A stretch of 47,202 nt of DNA from Planctomycetota bacterium (GTDB lineage: Bacteria; Planctomycetota; Planctomycetia; Planctomycetales; Planctomycetaceae), in the NCBI GenBank assembly GCA_003669575.1, contig QWOR01000351.1, positions 1 through 47,202 of the forward strand, in the 5' to 3' direction. Made by a program: the position numbers and the translations under genes. This document shows positions 17,465 to 26,666 of this stretch, one piece after another. The stretch's first letter is position 1; each line of letters begins with the position of its first letter. The notes below the pieces were generated by a model. That model was not told the DNA's origin. It ran no database searches and saw only the letters and a program-made list of their open reading frames with translations.

Positions 17465-18622
17465 ATGTCTAAACACGACTTCACTGAATCCGAGTTCGAA
17501 CAACGTCGCACCCGAGCCCGTGAGGCCATCGCAGCTGCGGGACTCGATTGGATGCTGTTGTTTCATCCGGTCTCGATTCGCTGGCTGACGGGTTCGGATG
17601 CGAAGAGTTACCAGGAGTTTCAGTGTCTGTTTGTGTCGGCTAAGCCCGGTCCGATCAATGTGCTCACTCGGACCGGGGAACGCAATGAGTTCCGGGACGA
17701 TGCCTATGTCGATGAAATCTACACCTGGGGCGGAGGCGAACCCGACGATCCGATTGAGGCACTGGAACAGGTCGCCCGCTGGATGGGAATTCCGGGATCA
17801 CGCATCGGCATCGAGGTCCCGGCCTACTATCTGCATCCGTATCACTATGTCCGGGTGAAGCAGCTGTTCGGTGAGTCGTCGATCACCGAGGCAACGAACC
17901 TGATTCATGATCTGACGCTGGTCAAATCGGAGACCGAGCTGAAGTACATCCGCGAGGCGAGCCGCATTGGCGACATCGCGATGCACTGGTTTGTCTCGGA
18001 TCTCGCGGTGGGACGAACCGAATTACAATTGGCCGGTGAAGTCTACTACGCGCTCCTCACTCACGGGAGCGGATTGGCGGCGAGTCCCATCAACCTCGTG
18101 ACGGGAGAGCGGTCCTGCTTCAGTCACGGAGCACCAACTGATCGCCGTCTCTGCCATGGTGACTTTGGCAACATTGAGTACGGGGCGACGTTCAAGCGAT
18201 ATACCTCCACGATCGGTCGACAGTTCTGCCTCGGACAGCCCACGGCACAGATGCTCGAACTGGACCAGCTTGTCCGTCGGGCCGCAGATGTCTGCATGCA
18301 GGAGATCCGCGCGGGTGTCCCAGCTGTGGTGCCCCATGAAGCTGCCAAGCGTGTGATCGCGGAGGCTGGACTCAACAACGCGCGAGTTCATCTGACGGGT
18401 TATGGTCTGGCTCCAGGCTCGCCGCCCTCCTGGGCCGAGCCGGTGCAGATGTTCGGGAACAATCCGTACACGCTCCAGGCGGGCATGGTGATTACTGTCG
18501 AGCCGCCCGCTTATCTGGCTGACGACCGACTGGGGGCCAGACTGATTGATAACGTGCTGGTCACCGAAACCGGGTGCGAATTGCTCTCGACGTTCTCGCG
18601 GGAATTGATCGTGGTCGATTGA
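17465..18622 (+). CDS. M24-family metallopeptidase (Xaa-Pro dipeptidase / creatinase-like)
   Basis: The track ORF starts at GTG 17417; an in-frame ATG at 17465 gives MSKHDFTESEFEQRR. It has a creatinase-like N-domain followed by the pita-bread fold, with metal-ligand context GDFGNIEYGA..., HLTGYGLA and VITVEP. Confidence 0.8.
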   Translation: MSKHDFTESEFEQRRTRAREAIAAAGLDWMLLFHPVSIRWLTGSDAKSYQEFQCLFVSAKPGPINVLTRTGERNEFRDDAYVDEIYTWGGGEPDDPIEALEQVARWMGIPGSRIGIEVPAYYLHPYHYVRVKQLFGESSITEATNLIHDLTLVKSETELKYIREASRIGDIAMHWFVSDLAVGRTELQLAGEVYYALLTHGSGLAASPINLVTGERSCFSHGAPTDRRLCHGDFGNIEYGATFKRYTSTIGRQFCLGQPTAQMLELDQLVRRAADVCMQEIRAGVPAVVPHEAAKRVIAEAGLNNARVHLTGYGLAPGSPPSWAEPVQMFGNNPYTLQAGMVITVEPPAYLADDRLGARLIDNVLVTETGCELLSTFSRELIVVD

Positions 18623-19189
18623 GTGCGCATCACGTATCGGAAAGAACTTGCTCCAAATGTGTCCCTGTTGAACACCAGATGCGACGCGGCTATGTTCATG
18701 ATTCTTGACAAAGCGCCAACCGCACAGACAACCACTGCAATCAGCGCAATCCGCACGCCATGAACAATCGGCACAATCGCTACTGCCGGCACATCGCCTG
18801 AATCGATAACTATCATTGGTGTTACGAAACGGCCCAGAGGGAATGCTGTTGAAAGAGTCACGCTCACGGTACAGGTTGTGCGGATTATACCGGCTGTGAC
18901 GCCAGCCGTTGCCGATGGGAACCGGTGGCTGGCTCAATCAAAACTGTTCAGGAGACCGACGAGCGACTGATGACAGCGAGCGTGTGTGGCGACTTGAGAC
19001 ATCGCCATGTTGCTGGTCGTTGCGGGAAGACGAGTGAGGAGAGGGCTTCGTTCATTGCTGTGTCGGCGATGAATCCGGTTTGTTCCCGGAAGCCCCATCC
19101 GGAGCCACTGCAAGGCTCATCTCGTAGACCCGCGCGACCTTCATTTATTGCTGTCCAGCGAGTGCTCGAACGCTCGAAGAGGACGAAAC

Positions 19190-19774
19190 ATGTTACGTCT
19201 GGCAAATCGACTCTGGCACGACCAAGCGGGCTTTGTGATCACCACTGAGCTGGTGCTGCTGTCTTCTGTTCTCGTCATCGGACTTGTCACCGGGTTGACA
19301 TATCTGAGGAATGCGGTGACCGAAGAACTCTCCGATGTGGCTTGTACAATCTCGTCCCTCGATCAGAGCTACAGCTACACCGGATTCCACAGCTACAAGG
19401 ACAAATGCCGCTGTTTGACCAAGGCTCGGACCGCAGGCTCGACTAACGTACATACCGATTACGAAGAAGTACTGATCCCGGTCGAAGATGTCGCTCCACG
19501 CGAAACGACTGACCAGAGTCAGGGGGTCATCGTCGACGAGAAGATCATCAGCGAGCGCGTGATCAGTGATCGTCCGCTCTACGATGTCGAGTCCGATGAA
19601 CAGGCGATTGATCGCCCAGCCAAGTGCGAGGATTGCCCAAACAACACCGAGGCGATCCCCACTCCGGTCGAGGCCCCCGCTGCGACAAAGCCCGAGGCTG
19701 ATCCTGCTCCCACAGCTGCACCAGCTGACGAGGCGAAGGCATCCCCGACTCCGGACGAGAAGCCCGTTCCGTAG
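19190..19774 (+). CDS. Flp/TadE-like N-terminal segment protein with a long acidic and Pro/Ala-rich C-terminal extension
   Basis: ATG 19190 follows GAGGA by 6 nt; the track ORF begins at an upstream TTG (19148). The N-terminus MLRLANRLWHDQAGFVITTELVLLSSVLVIGLVTGLTYLRNAVTEELSDV resembles the class III signal plus hydrophobic stretch of Flp-type pilins (G followed by a hydrophobic run with Glu). The C-terminal half is low complexity (PTPVEAPAATKPEADPAPTAAPADEAKASPTPDEKPVP). The family assignment is tentative. Confidence 0.55.
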   Translation: MLRLANRLWHDQAGFVITTELVLLSSVLVIGLVTGLTYLRNAVTEELSDVACTISSLDQSYSYTGFHSYKDKCRCLTKARTAGSTNVHTDYEEVLIPVEDVAPRETTDQSQGVIVDEKIISERVISDRPLYDVESDEQAIDRPAKCEDCPNNTEAIPTPVEAPAATKPEADPAPTAAPADEAKASPTPDEKPVP

Positions 19775-19781
19775 ATCGAAC

Positions 19782-22235
19782 CTACTGATCGACTGAAGTC
19801 GTCTGGCCCGCTCGCGACGCCGATGTCGCCTCATACAGTGGCAGTGCCCGCCTGGCTTCACTGAGCAGGAAGTCGACATCCATAAACGGATCTGCTCCCA
19901 GATCGTGCCAGAGAATATGACCGTCCGGACTGATCAGAAATGTGCCGTGCAGAGGCTTCTCCTCGAAGTCGTCAAAGCAGCGGTAAACCTTGAACACCGT
20001 CAGGTCGTCATTCGACAGCAGGCGGAACGGAAAGTTGCCGTTGTAATTCTGGTGAGCCTGCTGCAGCTTGGCGGGTGGATCAGTACTGATGCCGACGACC
20101 TCAATGCCCAGCTTGGCGAAGTCATCATACCGCGGTGCGAACTTTCCCAGCTGTTCGACACAGTGCAGGCATCCGGCCCCAAGGTAGAAAATCACCACGA
20201 CCGGCTTACCGAGCAGAGACTCCTGGGAGACTGGCTGCGACTCATGATCGATCAGCGACCATGCCGGTGCGGATGATGGTTCCCAGCGGTAAGGGCCGAG
20301 CGTGGCGAGCTCCGGGCGAACACCCGTATCAGTCCGCAGCTCCGCAGGAAGTCTCCAATCGACGGGCCATTTGAGTTCCGCTGCGATGGGGTCAAGACGA
20401 CGAAAGACCGGGGCTTTGAGATCAATTATCTCCGACAGCTTTCGCAGCTTCTCAAACTCGATGCGAGCTTCTTCTTTCTGACCGGCCTGCCAAAGAATTG
20501 CAACCGCATGTACCAGGGGGATTGTCTCATTCTTGTGTGAGTCGACATGCTCCTTGATCAGCTTGACGGCCTTCTCGGTCTCTCCGGCAGCCAGATGGAC
20601 GCGGGCCTGCAACGGACGATCGACGCGAGTTGTCTTCTGCAGAGCTTTGATCGCATCCCCATAGGCTCGATGGGCCAGGTGGATCTGGGCTTCCAGATCG
20701 TCGCTGGCGACTGATATCACGGAGATCCTCGCGAGGAATGCCTTGCCCGCCGCCTTCACGGCCTTCTCGATCTCATCCGACGACTTCATGGCCTGTGTGG
20801 CTTCGCTGCGGGCCTTCTCCTCAGCCGCTTTCCGTTCGGCTTCCAGTGCCTGGCGCTGCTGGATCAGAGTGGTTGTGTACTCACATCCTCGCGCGAAGTC
20901 ACCAGTCTCAAATGCAGCCAGACCGAGATACTGGACCCGCTTCACCTTCTGCTCCTCGCTGGCTCCCGCATCATCGAGGTACGGTGAATCGGCCAGTTTG
21001 AGCAGTGCCTCCCAGTCTTCAAACTGCGCCAGCGTTTCCAGCAGACGGGTCCGACCAAAGCCGGAGCTGCAGTCGCTCTTCTCCAGTTTGTTCCATTTCG
21101 GATGGCGAGGCAGCTCGAGCATGTTCAGCGCCATCTCGCGCGCGGCTCGCTCATTGCCGACATGGATCAGGTTGCGAATCAGCCATTCATTGTTGTGAGC
21201 AAAGTTGTGGATCTGATCGGGAAGAACCCCTGTCCGCATCATGTGGGCATAGTCGACACGGGCACTGGCTTCCTGTTGGTAGACAGCGTCGGGGTAACGA
21301 TGGAGTCCTGAGTAAATGTGTCCCGGCATATGCCACATGTGAGCAATCGCGGGGGCCGACTGTCCGCACTTGGCTGATGAATCGAGCGCCCGCTCAGGCT
21401 TCTCTTTGTCCCACAGGTGAATGATGTAGTGATGACAGGGATGCATGGGGTTCTTCTCCAGCACGTCGTGCAACAGCGCATCGACGGCGAAGTAGCTGGA
21501 GATTGGGAGTCCCTTGCTGCGGCTGACCCACAGATGCCAACCCAGCAGCGCCTTGGCCTCAAGATCGTCCGGATACTCGTGCAGGATGTTTTCGAGATCG
21601 GACGCCAGCTTCTCGCGGCGTTTCTTCTCGGCCTCTTTATCCTGCTCCGTCTTTTCCGGGGCTGATTTGTCGGAGGCCTTCTCATCACTGCCTGGCTTCG
21701 CATCCTTGGACTCAGCGACCTTCGAATCGTCCGATTTCGGCTCCTCTTTGAGGAAGGCGCCAAATGCCTCAATGTAAAGTTTCTCGCGGGCCGAAGCTTT
21801 GTCCTTGCGCTTTGTCGCCTCCGCAATAAATCCCCGAGCCCGCTTCATGTTCTCCAGATTGGAGAGCGCCATCCCCCAGTAGGCGATCGCACAATCGGGA
21901 TCGAGCCTGGCCGCCTGGCGAAATGAGCGTTCCGATTCAAAGTACCAGAACCCGTGCAGCTGTCCGACGCCTTGATCGATGAAGCTCTGGACCTCAGGCT
22001 TCTGGGTGGTGACCGGGAAGTGGACGTTCCCCGTGTTTCCCATCAGCGCTGCGGCCTGGCGGGGGCCCTCATCGAAGACCTCGCCATGCAGCGAGTGACC
22101 GGGCACGGGCAGGTTCGCCGCGACCGGCGGCTCAGCGGGCCTTGTTGCATCGGGAGCTTGAGCCCACGCCAGTGGAGCGAAAGCCACTCCTGCAAGCAGA
22201 GCCGCTGACCACCATCCACACCTGATTGAATTCAT
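19782..22235 (-). CDS. Secreted TPR-repeat protein fused to a C-terminal thioredoxin-fold (AhpC/TSA-redoxin-like) domain
   Basis: 817-aa ORF. It has the signal peptide MNSIRCGWWSAALLAGVAFAPLAWAQA, TPR-like helical repeats and a K/E/D-rich linker. The C-terminus reads GKPVVVIFYLGAGCLHCVEQLGKF...GIEVVGISTD..., a thioredoxin fold with a CxxC motif. Confidence 0.75.
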   Translation of the reverse strand: MNSIRCGWWSAALLAGVAFAPLAWAQAPDATRPAEPPVAANLPVPGHSLHGEVFDEGPRQAAALMGNTGNVHFPVTTQKPEVQSFIDQGVGQLHGFWYFESERSFRQAARLDPDCAIAYWGMALSNLENMKRARGFIAEATKRKDKASAREKLYIEAFGAFLKEEPKSDDSKVAESKDAKPGSDEKASDKSAPEKTEQDKEAEKKRREKLASDLENILHEYPDDLEAKALLGWHLWVSRSKGLPISSYFAVDALLHDVLEKNPMHPCHHYIIHLWDKEKPERALDSSAKCGQSAPAIAHMWHMPGHIYSGLHRYPDAVYQQEASARVDYAHMMRTGVLPDQIHNFAHNNEWLIRNLIHVGNERAAREMALNMLELPRHPKWNKLEKSDCSSGFGRTRLLETLAQFEDWEALLKLADSPYLDDAGASEEQKVKRVQYLGLAAFETGDFARGCEYTTTLIQQRQALEAERKAAEEKARSEATQAMKSSDEIEKAVKAAGKAFLARISVISVASDDLEAQIHLAHRAYGDAIKALQKTTRVDRPLQARVHLAAGETEKAVKLIKEHVDSHKNETIPLVHAVAILWQAGQKEEARIEFEKLRKLSEIIDLKAPVFRRLDPIAAELKWPVDWRLPAELRTDTGVRPELATLGPYRWEPSSAPAWSLIDHESQPVSQESLLGKPVVVIFYLGAGCLHCVEQLGKFAPRYDDFAKLGIEVVGISTDPPAKLQQAHQNYNGNFPFRLLSNDDLTVFKVYRCFDDFEEKPLHGTFLISPDGHILWHDLGADPFMDVDFLLSEARRALPLYEATSASRAGQTTSVDQ

Positions 22236-22386
22236 GCTGATGAGTTCTCTCGGGAAATCGCCGCTTTCGACGCGATAAAAACAACACGGCCGTCAGGGGG
22301 CCACTGTCGCTCCCTGACGGCCGGTGTGATTGGATCACACAGCAGTCTATTCCCAACTGCTGCGTACCGCGTCCACTTTTGATGGG

Positions 22387-23628
22387 CTACTTGCTCTTTT
22401 CTGGAGTTTCCGCCTTCTCTTCGGCAGCTGGCTTCTTCTCTGCGGGGCCGAGCAGTTGTTCCAGCATTTTGGGCAGCACTTCGCCGCGGCATTCCAGCGA
22501 GACGACCTTCCCTTCCTGATCGACCAGGAAGCAGGCGGGGATCCCCTGAATCGCGTAACGGGCTGCGTTGTCATTGCCCCAGCCAGCGCCGTCGTTCTGG
22601 TGCAGCTGAATCCACGGCAGCTGCTTTTCCTTCAGGAACTCTTCGAGAGCTTCGCGGTCTTCGTCGAGACTGATGCCGACGACTTCGAAGCCCTTGTCAT
22701 GGTACAGCTCATACTGCTCTGCCACATTCGGCAACTCGGCAAGACAGGGGCCGCACCAGGTGGCCCAGAAGTCAACCAGCACGACCTTGCCCTTCAGCTC
22801 GGTAATGTTGAATTCAGTGCCGTCGATCTTCTTGCCGGAGATCTCGATTGGGTTACCGGGCAGAGTCAACTTCCTCGCGGTCCCCAGCATCGCGCTGACG
22901 ACTTTTTCGCCGTTCGGGGATCCTGTCGCTTCGATGTTCTTGGCAAACAGATTCAAGGCGGCCACCGCATCCTCTGTCTCGCCCAACTCGGCCAGACTAT
23001 TGGCGGCCATCATCGCGAATTCCACTTCATCGCTATTCAGTTCGCCTTCCTGAAGGTCCTTGGCCAACTCCTGAATCAGAGCTGCGCGTTCCGCCTTCTC
23101 CAGGTCGCCAATCTGCTGAACGCGCTGCATCTTCTGATAGGTCTTCGCCATGTTGGCTACGACGGGCCGTGGGTCTTCTGCCGCCTTGGCCAAGAACTCC
23201 GATTGCTTTTCCTCTGCGCCTTCGACTTCGCGTTGAGCGTAAAGCGACAGAATCTGGAACTTCATACCGATGGCCTGCTCAAGGAGCTGATCTTCCAGGT
23301 CCCGGCTCAAGAGTTCATCTGCCACTTTTTCGAGTTTACCGAGGTGCTCAATAATCCCCTCTGGAGTGCGGTTCTTAACGGGAACCCGCTGCAAACGAGA
23401 GAGAAACAGAGCGATCACCTTGGGGTCATTCCCCTCGGGAACTGCAAAGGGGTCAACCGGCTTCTTCTCAGCGGCTGGCTTCTCCGTTTTCTCTGCATCC
23501 CCCTTTTCCGAGGCAGCTGCCTTGGGCTTGGTGGGAGGATCCTTGTCTTCGGCCAGCACAAAACCATGACAACACAATGCGACGACAGTACCTGCCACAG
23601 CTGGCACGCTAATCCAACGGCGAATCAT
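22387..23628 (-). CDS. TlpA/ResA-like periplasmic thiol:disulfide oxidoreductase with an N-terminal anchor and helical extension
   Basis: Contains GKVVLVDFWATWCGPCLAELPNV (WCGPC active site). The track ORF starts at GTG 23652. ATG 23628 has AGGAGA 6 nt upstream and yields MIRRWISVPAVAGTVVALCCHGFVLA, a signal or anchor sequence. Confidence 0.85.
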   Translation of the reverse strand: MIRRWISVPAVAGTVVALCCHGFVLAEDKDPPTKPKAAASEKGDAEKTEKPAAEKKPVDPFAVPEGNDPKVIALFLSRLQRVPVKNRTPEGIIEHLGKLEKVADELLSRDLEDQLLEQAIGMKFQILSLYAQREVEGAEEKQSEFLAKAAEDPRPVVANMAKTYQKMQRVQQIGDLEKAERAALIQELAKDLQEGELNSDEVEFAMMAANSLAELGETEDAVAALNLFAKNIEATGSPNGEKVVSAMLGTARKLTLPGNPIEISGKKIDGTEFNITELKGKVVLVDFWATWCGPCLAELPNVAEQYELYHDKGFEVVGISLDEDREALEEFLKEKQLPWIQLHQNDGAGWGNDNAARYAIQGIPACFLVDQEGKVVSLECRGEVLPKMLEQLLGPAEKKPAAEEKAETPEKSK

Positions 23629-24067
23629 TGCGAATCTCCTAAAGTCTGCCACGTGACCGAACCATCGGCAAACGTGGTCAGAGCCTTCCCTTTCCAGGAA
23701 GACAAACCGGGCGACGAGGCATCAGACCAGGAACCGATTTGTCCGACCGCCCAATTCGTCCTCTGGTGCGGAAGTGATGCTCGGAGACCCACTGATGAGA
23801 ACGGGAAATTGTAGAAGATCAGACAACCAATGGATATTCTGCTTTTGATGCGATCTGCTTCTGAGGTGAAAAACGACAGCCGGACAGCCAGCATGCACTT
23901 CGCCCACTAAAACGCAACCAGGTAATGACTTGCGACTCAGGCCGATATGGCACAGGTGGCCTCGAATGACCGGTTGTCTGGCAAAGCCGTTGGCCCTCCG
24001 TTACGCGAGACAGTGGGTTATTTCTCCCTCGGAGGGAGCCTTAGCCGAGTTGAGTTGCCAGAAATGC

Positions 24068-24100
24068 CAGAAGCCCCCGAGGATGAATCGGGGGCTTCTG
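24068..24100 (-). terminator. GC-rich 13-bp hairpin downstream of the DUF11-repeat gene (putative terminator)
   Basis: CAGAAGCCCCCGA-GGATGAA-TCGGGGGCTTCTG is a perfect 13-bp stem with a 7-nt loop, 26-58 nt past the stop codon at 24126. On the minus strand only a weak T tract (GCATTTCTGG) follows, so the intrinsic-terminator call is tentative. Confidence 0.5.
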
Positions 24101-24125
24101 TTGATGGTTCACAATCACCAGTCGA

Positions 24126-26666
24126 TCAGGGGGTAATCGTCACTGGCGATTCCTGACGCACGGGATCGGGGCGATCCTCGCTCATCAACTCCACAGCCAC
24201 TTTGGGTCGACCTTCTTCCGCAGCGACCAGCACGATGTCATAGGTCTGCGAGGCATCGGGATCGAGCTTATCAATTTCGGGGAACGTGACATGGTTCCCT
24301 TCATGAGTGAACTTGCCTGGCCCCTTGGCGGTGACAAAGGTCATCTGCGGGGGGACTTCAAAGACAGCTTGAACACCCTTGGCGGTGGCACTGCCCTTGT
24401 TGCGGACGGTGACCTGCATGGAGACCTGTTCTCCGATCGCTGCCACCGCGTTGCCGTCTCCCTGGAAGTCGAGCGTCAGGGCTGCAAACCCCTTCACATC
24501 AAGTTTGGATTCCAGCTCCGCTCGATGGTCTGCGGCATCTACGGCGGTCATCATGCTGTCGAAGATCCCCTCGCGGGTCGACACAACAGTCAGCTTGATC
24601 TCCTCTTCCTTCTGAGCTCCGAGTGAGGGAATCGTCCAGGTGACGATGCGTGACTTGGGATTCCACGTCCCGTCTCCCAGCTCGGACTGCACGGGCTCCA
24701 GGCCTTCGGGCAAGTGCTCGGTGACCTGAACATTCTTCAGCGACTTGATGGAGTTGTTCTTCACTTTGGTCACGGAGACCGCAGGACGCTTCACGAAGCG
24801 ATGACCATGAGCCTGTCGCGTGAGTGTCAGATATGCGGGAATCACGTTCAGGTTGATGTTCTGTTCCTGCTGATCAATCCCGCCCGCAGTCACGACGACG
24901 GTCGGGGCGTATTGCCCATCCTTCCGCGGCGTTACCAGGAGTGTGAGTTCTTTGGTCTCGTCGGGCTTGAGAGTCATGTCTTCGAGGCTGACATCTGGGC
25001 CAGCTGGATGGGAGAGTCCCTCTGGAAGCCTCGCCAGAAGCATGACCTTGCGGGCAGTTGCCGATCCGGTGTTTTTCAAGGTGAACTTCACAGGCACCTG
25101 CTCATCGATGGCGACTTCCTTCGGACAGGCAATGTTTAGTGTCAATGTCGGAGCGGTCACCATGGTCTTGGTGGACACCTTGGCAGCGAATCGGACCGTG
25201 GCCACGCTACCAACCGGACCCGCCTTCAGCGGCAGGACTTCCACTTTGATAACCCGGGAGGTATTGGGTTCCATCGCGTCGAGCTCCCATCGCAAGACCC
25301 GGTCCGCTGACAGTGTGGCTGTCGGGTTGGAGCGTTCCATCTTGCAGTTGTTGGGGATGCGTTCTTCGACCACGACCTTATCTGCTGTGGCCTGGCCGAT
25401 GTTCTGAACGATGATTTCGTAAATGAACTTCTCGCCGACTTCGGCTTCGGCCTGAGCCTTCTTTTCGATCTTGAGCTGTGGTTGCTGAGAGGGAGAGAGC
25501 TGAGGAACTTCCGATGTCGATTCTCCATAGAGCAAATCATCGGCGGGCTTGCGCGGCAACGAACTCTTAGGATGCGGATCTGCCCCCGCGTCCACATCGG
25601 TCGGCGTGTTGTTTGGAGTGGGCATTTCGCGATGTTCTGGATTCAAGTCCAGAGGTTCCGGCTCAACACCCGGATCTAGAGCTGGTTCGGTTTCCACGGG
25701 AGTGGGAATTGATGAGTGATTCTTGTCACGAACGCGAATCGGTGAAGCACTGCCTGGTTCAGAAGGTTCCGCGACTGGCGCGGGCTGGGGTGTTGCGATG
25801 TCCTGCTCGAACGGATTCGGTTCATCGACAACGGTCGGTGCCTCTTCGGCGGGTGGGGTGGACTGGGCTCTGGTTCGTGGAGCGGGAATGTTCAGACCCG
25901 GCAGATTGGCCGGAACTTCGCCCGCAGCGGGCACGATCTCTTCCGCAACTTCTGGGACGGGGAGTACGCCCGGGGCATCAGGTTCCGAGGTGGCCTGAAC
26001 CAGCAGCTGAGGTTCGGCGACCGTGGGATCTTCCGCACTGACCGGGACGATTTTGGAGGGCGACGCCGACTTTGATTTCGCAGCATTGGCTGTTTTCGGG
26101 ATGGCGATCAGCGCTGGGGCGTCGGAACCAGACAGCGCCTTGGAGTTGATGGCTGGCGACGTCGTGACAGCTGCTCCCAATGACTTGGAGGGCACTGCGT
26201 TCTTGGGCTTTTCCGAGGCTTCCAGATGCTCGAGGGAAGTCACGCCAGGCATTGGTTCGGTCGGTTCAGGCTCTGCCTCGACCACAACCGAGGGCTCCGC
26301 TTGCTCTTCCGCGGGCGCATCGGTCGGCATTCCACGAGGAGCCGCTTTCTCTGCGGGCTGAATCTCTGCCGGGAATGGCTGTCCCGCGAGGGCCAGAGTC
26401 TTATCACTCAGAGGCTCTTCCACCACGTCCGGGGCTGCGTTGGCAAGAGGCTCCGGCGCGCCCTCCCCCGCGTCTGATGCCCCTGTACTGGAGACCGCCT
26501 GCCCGCCCAGACCAATGTTGGGCTCCGATTCTCCCTCCAGAGAGGTAAATTCAGAGGGAGACTTGGAGTCAACCGGCTGCAGTTCGGTGTTTGCCTTCCA
26601 GACAGCAAAACACCCCGCAGAGATCACTCCGGTTAGAGCGAGCAACTTCAGCATCAAAGTCGGCAT
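24126..26666 (-). CDS. Membrane-anchored surface protein with a Pro/Glu/Ala-rich spacer and about 4 DUF11-type (Ig-like) repeats
   Basis: 846-aa ORF. It has an N-terminal anchor MPTLMLKLLALTGVISAGCFAVW, then about 380 aa of low-complexity P/E/A-rich sequence. Repeated modules follow: GEKFIYEIIVQNIGQATADKVVVEERIP, VPVKFTLKNTGSATARKVMLLARLPEGL, VKNNSIKSLKNVQVTEHLPEGLE and GEQVSMQVTVRNKGSATAKGVQAVFEVPP. Confidence 0.7.
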   Translation of the reverse strand: MPTLMLKLLALTGVISAGCFAVWKANTELQPVDSKSPSEFTSLEGESEPNIGLGGQAVSSTGASDAGEGAPEPLANAAPDVVEEPLSDKTLALAGQPFPAEIQPAEKAAPRGMPTDAPAEEQAEPSVVVEAEPEPTEPMPGVTSLEHLEASEKPKNAVPSKSLGAAVTTSPAINSKALSGSDAPALIAIPKTANAAKSKSASPSKIVPVSAEDPTVAEPQLLVQATSEPDAPGVLPVPEVAEEIVPAAGEVPANLPGLNIPAPRTRAQSTPPAEEAPTVVDEPNPFEQDIATPQPAPVAEPSEPGSASPIRVRDKNHSSIPTPVETEPALDPGVEPEPLDLNPEHREMPTPNNTPTDVDAGADPHPKSSLPRKPADDLLYGESTSEVPQLSPSQQPQLKIEKKAQAEAEVGEKFIYEIIVQNIGQATADKVVVEERIPNNCKMERSNPTATLSADRVLRWELDAMEPNTSRVIKVEVLPLKAGPVGSVATVRFAAKVSTKTMVTAPTLTLNIACPKEVAIDEQVPVKFTLKNTGSATARKVMLLARLPEGLSHPAGPDVSLEDMTLKPDETKELTLLVTPRKDGQYAPTVVVTAGGIDQQEQNINLNVIPAYLTLTRQAHGHRFVKRPAVSVTKVKNNSIKSLKNVQVTEHLPEGLEPVQSELGDGTWNPKSRIVTWTIPSLGAQKEEEIKLTVVSTREGIFDSMMTAVDAADHRAELESKLDVKGFAALTLDFQGDGNAVAAIGEQVSMQVTVRNKGSATAKGVQAVFEVPPQMTFVTAKGPGKFTHEGNHVTFPEIDKLDPDASQTYDIVLVAAEEGRPKVAVELMSEDRPDPVRQESPVTITP

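Noticed and set aside
18023-18937. 304-aa minus-strand ORF, and the nested 118-aa ORF 18511..18867 with one hydrophobic helix
   Set aside because: Most of it is antisense to the M24 peptidase 3' end. The shorter ORF has only a GTG start, has no RBS, and would need a 112-nt convergent overlap with the peptidase gene. A small membrane protein cannot be excluded, but the sequence does not support one.
19036-19154. Imperfect 16-nt direct repeat CTTC-N-TT-N-ATTGCTGT at 19036 and 19139, and a tandem GCTCGAA x2 at about 19164-19178, upstream of the Flp-like gene
   Set aside because: They are short, imperfect (14/16 identity) and 103 nt apart with no obvious phasing. Possibly regulatory, but indistinguishable from chance without comparative data.
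22330-23814. 494-aa plus-strand ORF antisense to the TlpA-like gene
   Set aside because: The minus-strand frame carries the WCGPC thioredoxin motif and has an AGGAGA-ATG start. The plus-strand product is Leu/Gln/Phe-rich and featureless.
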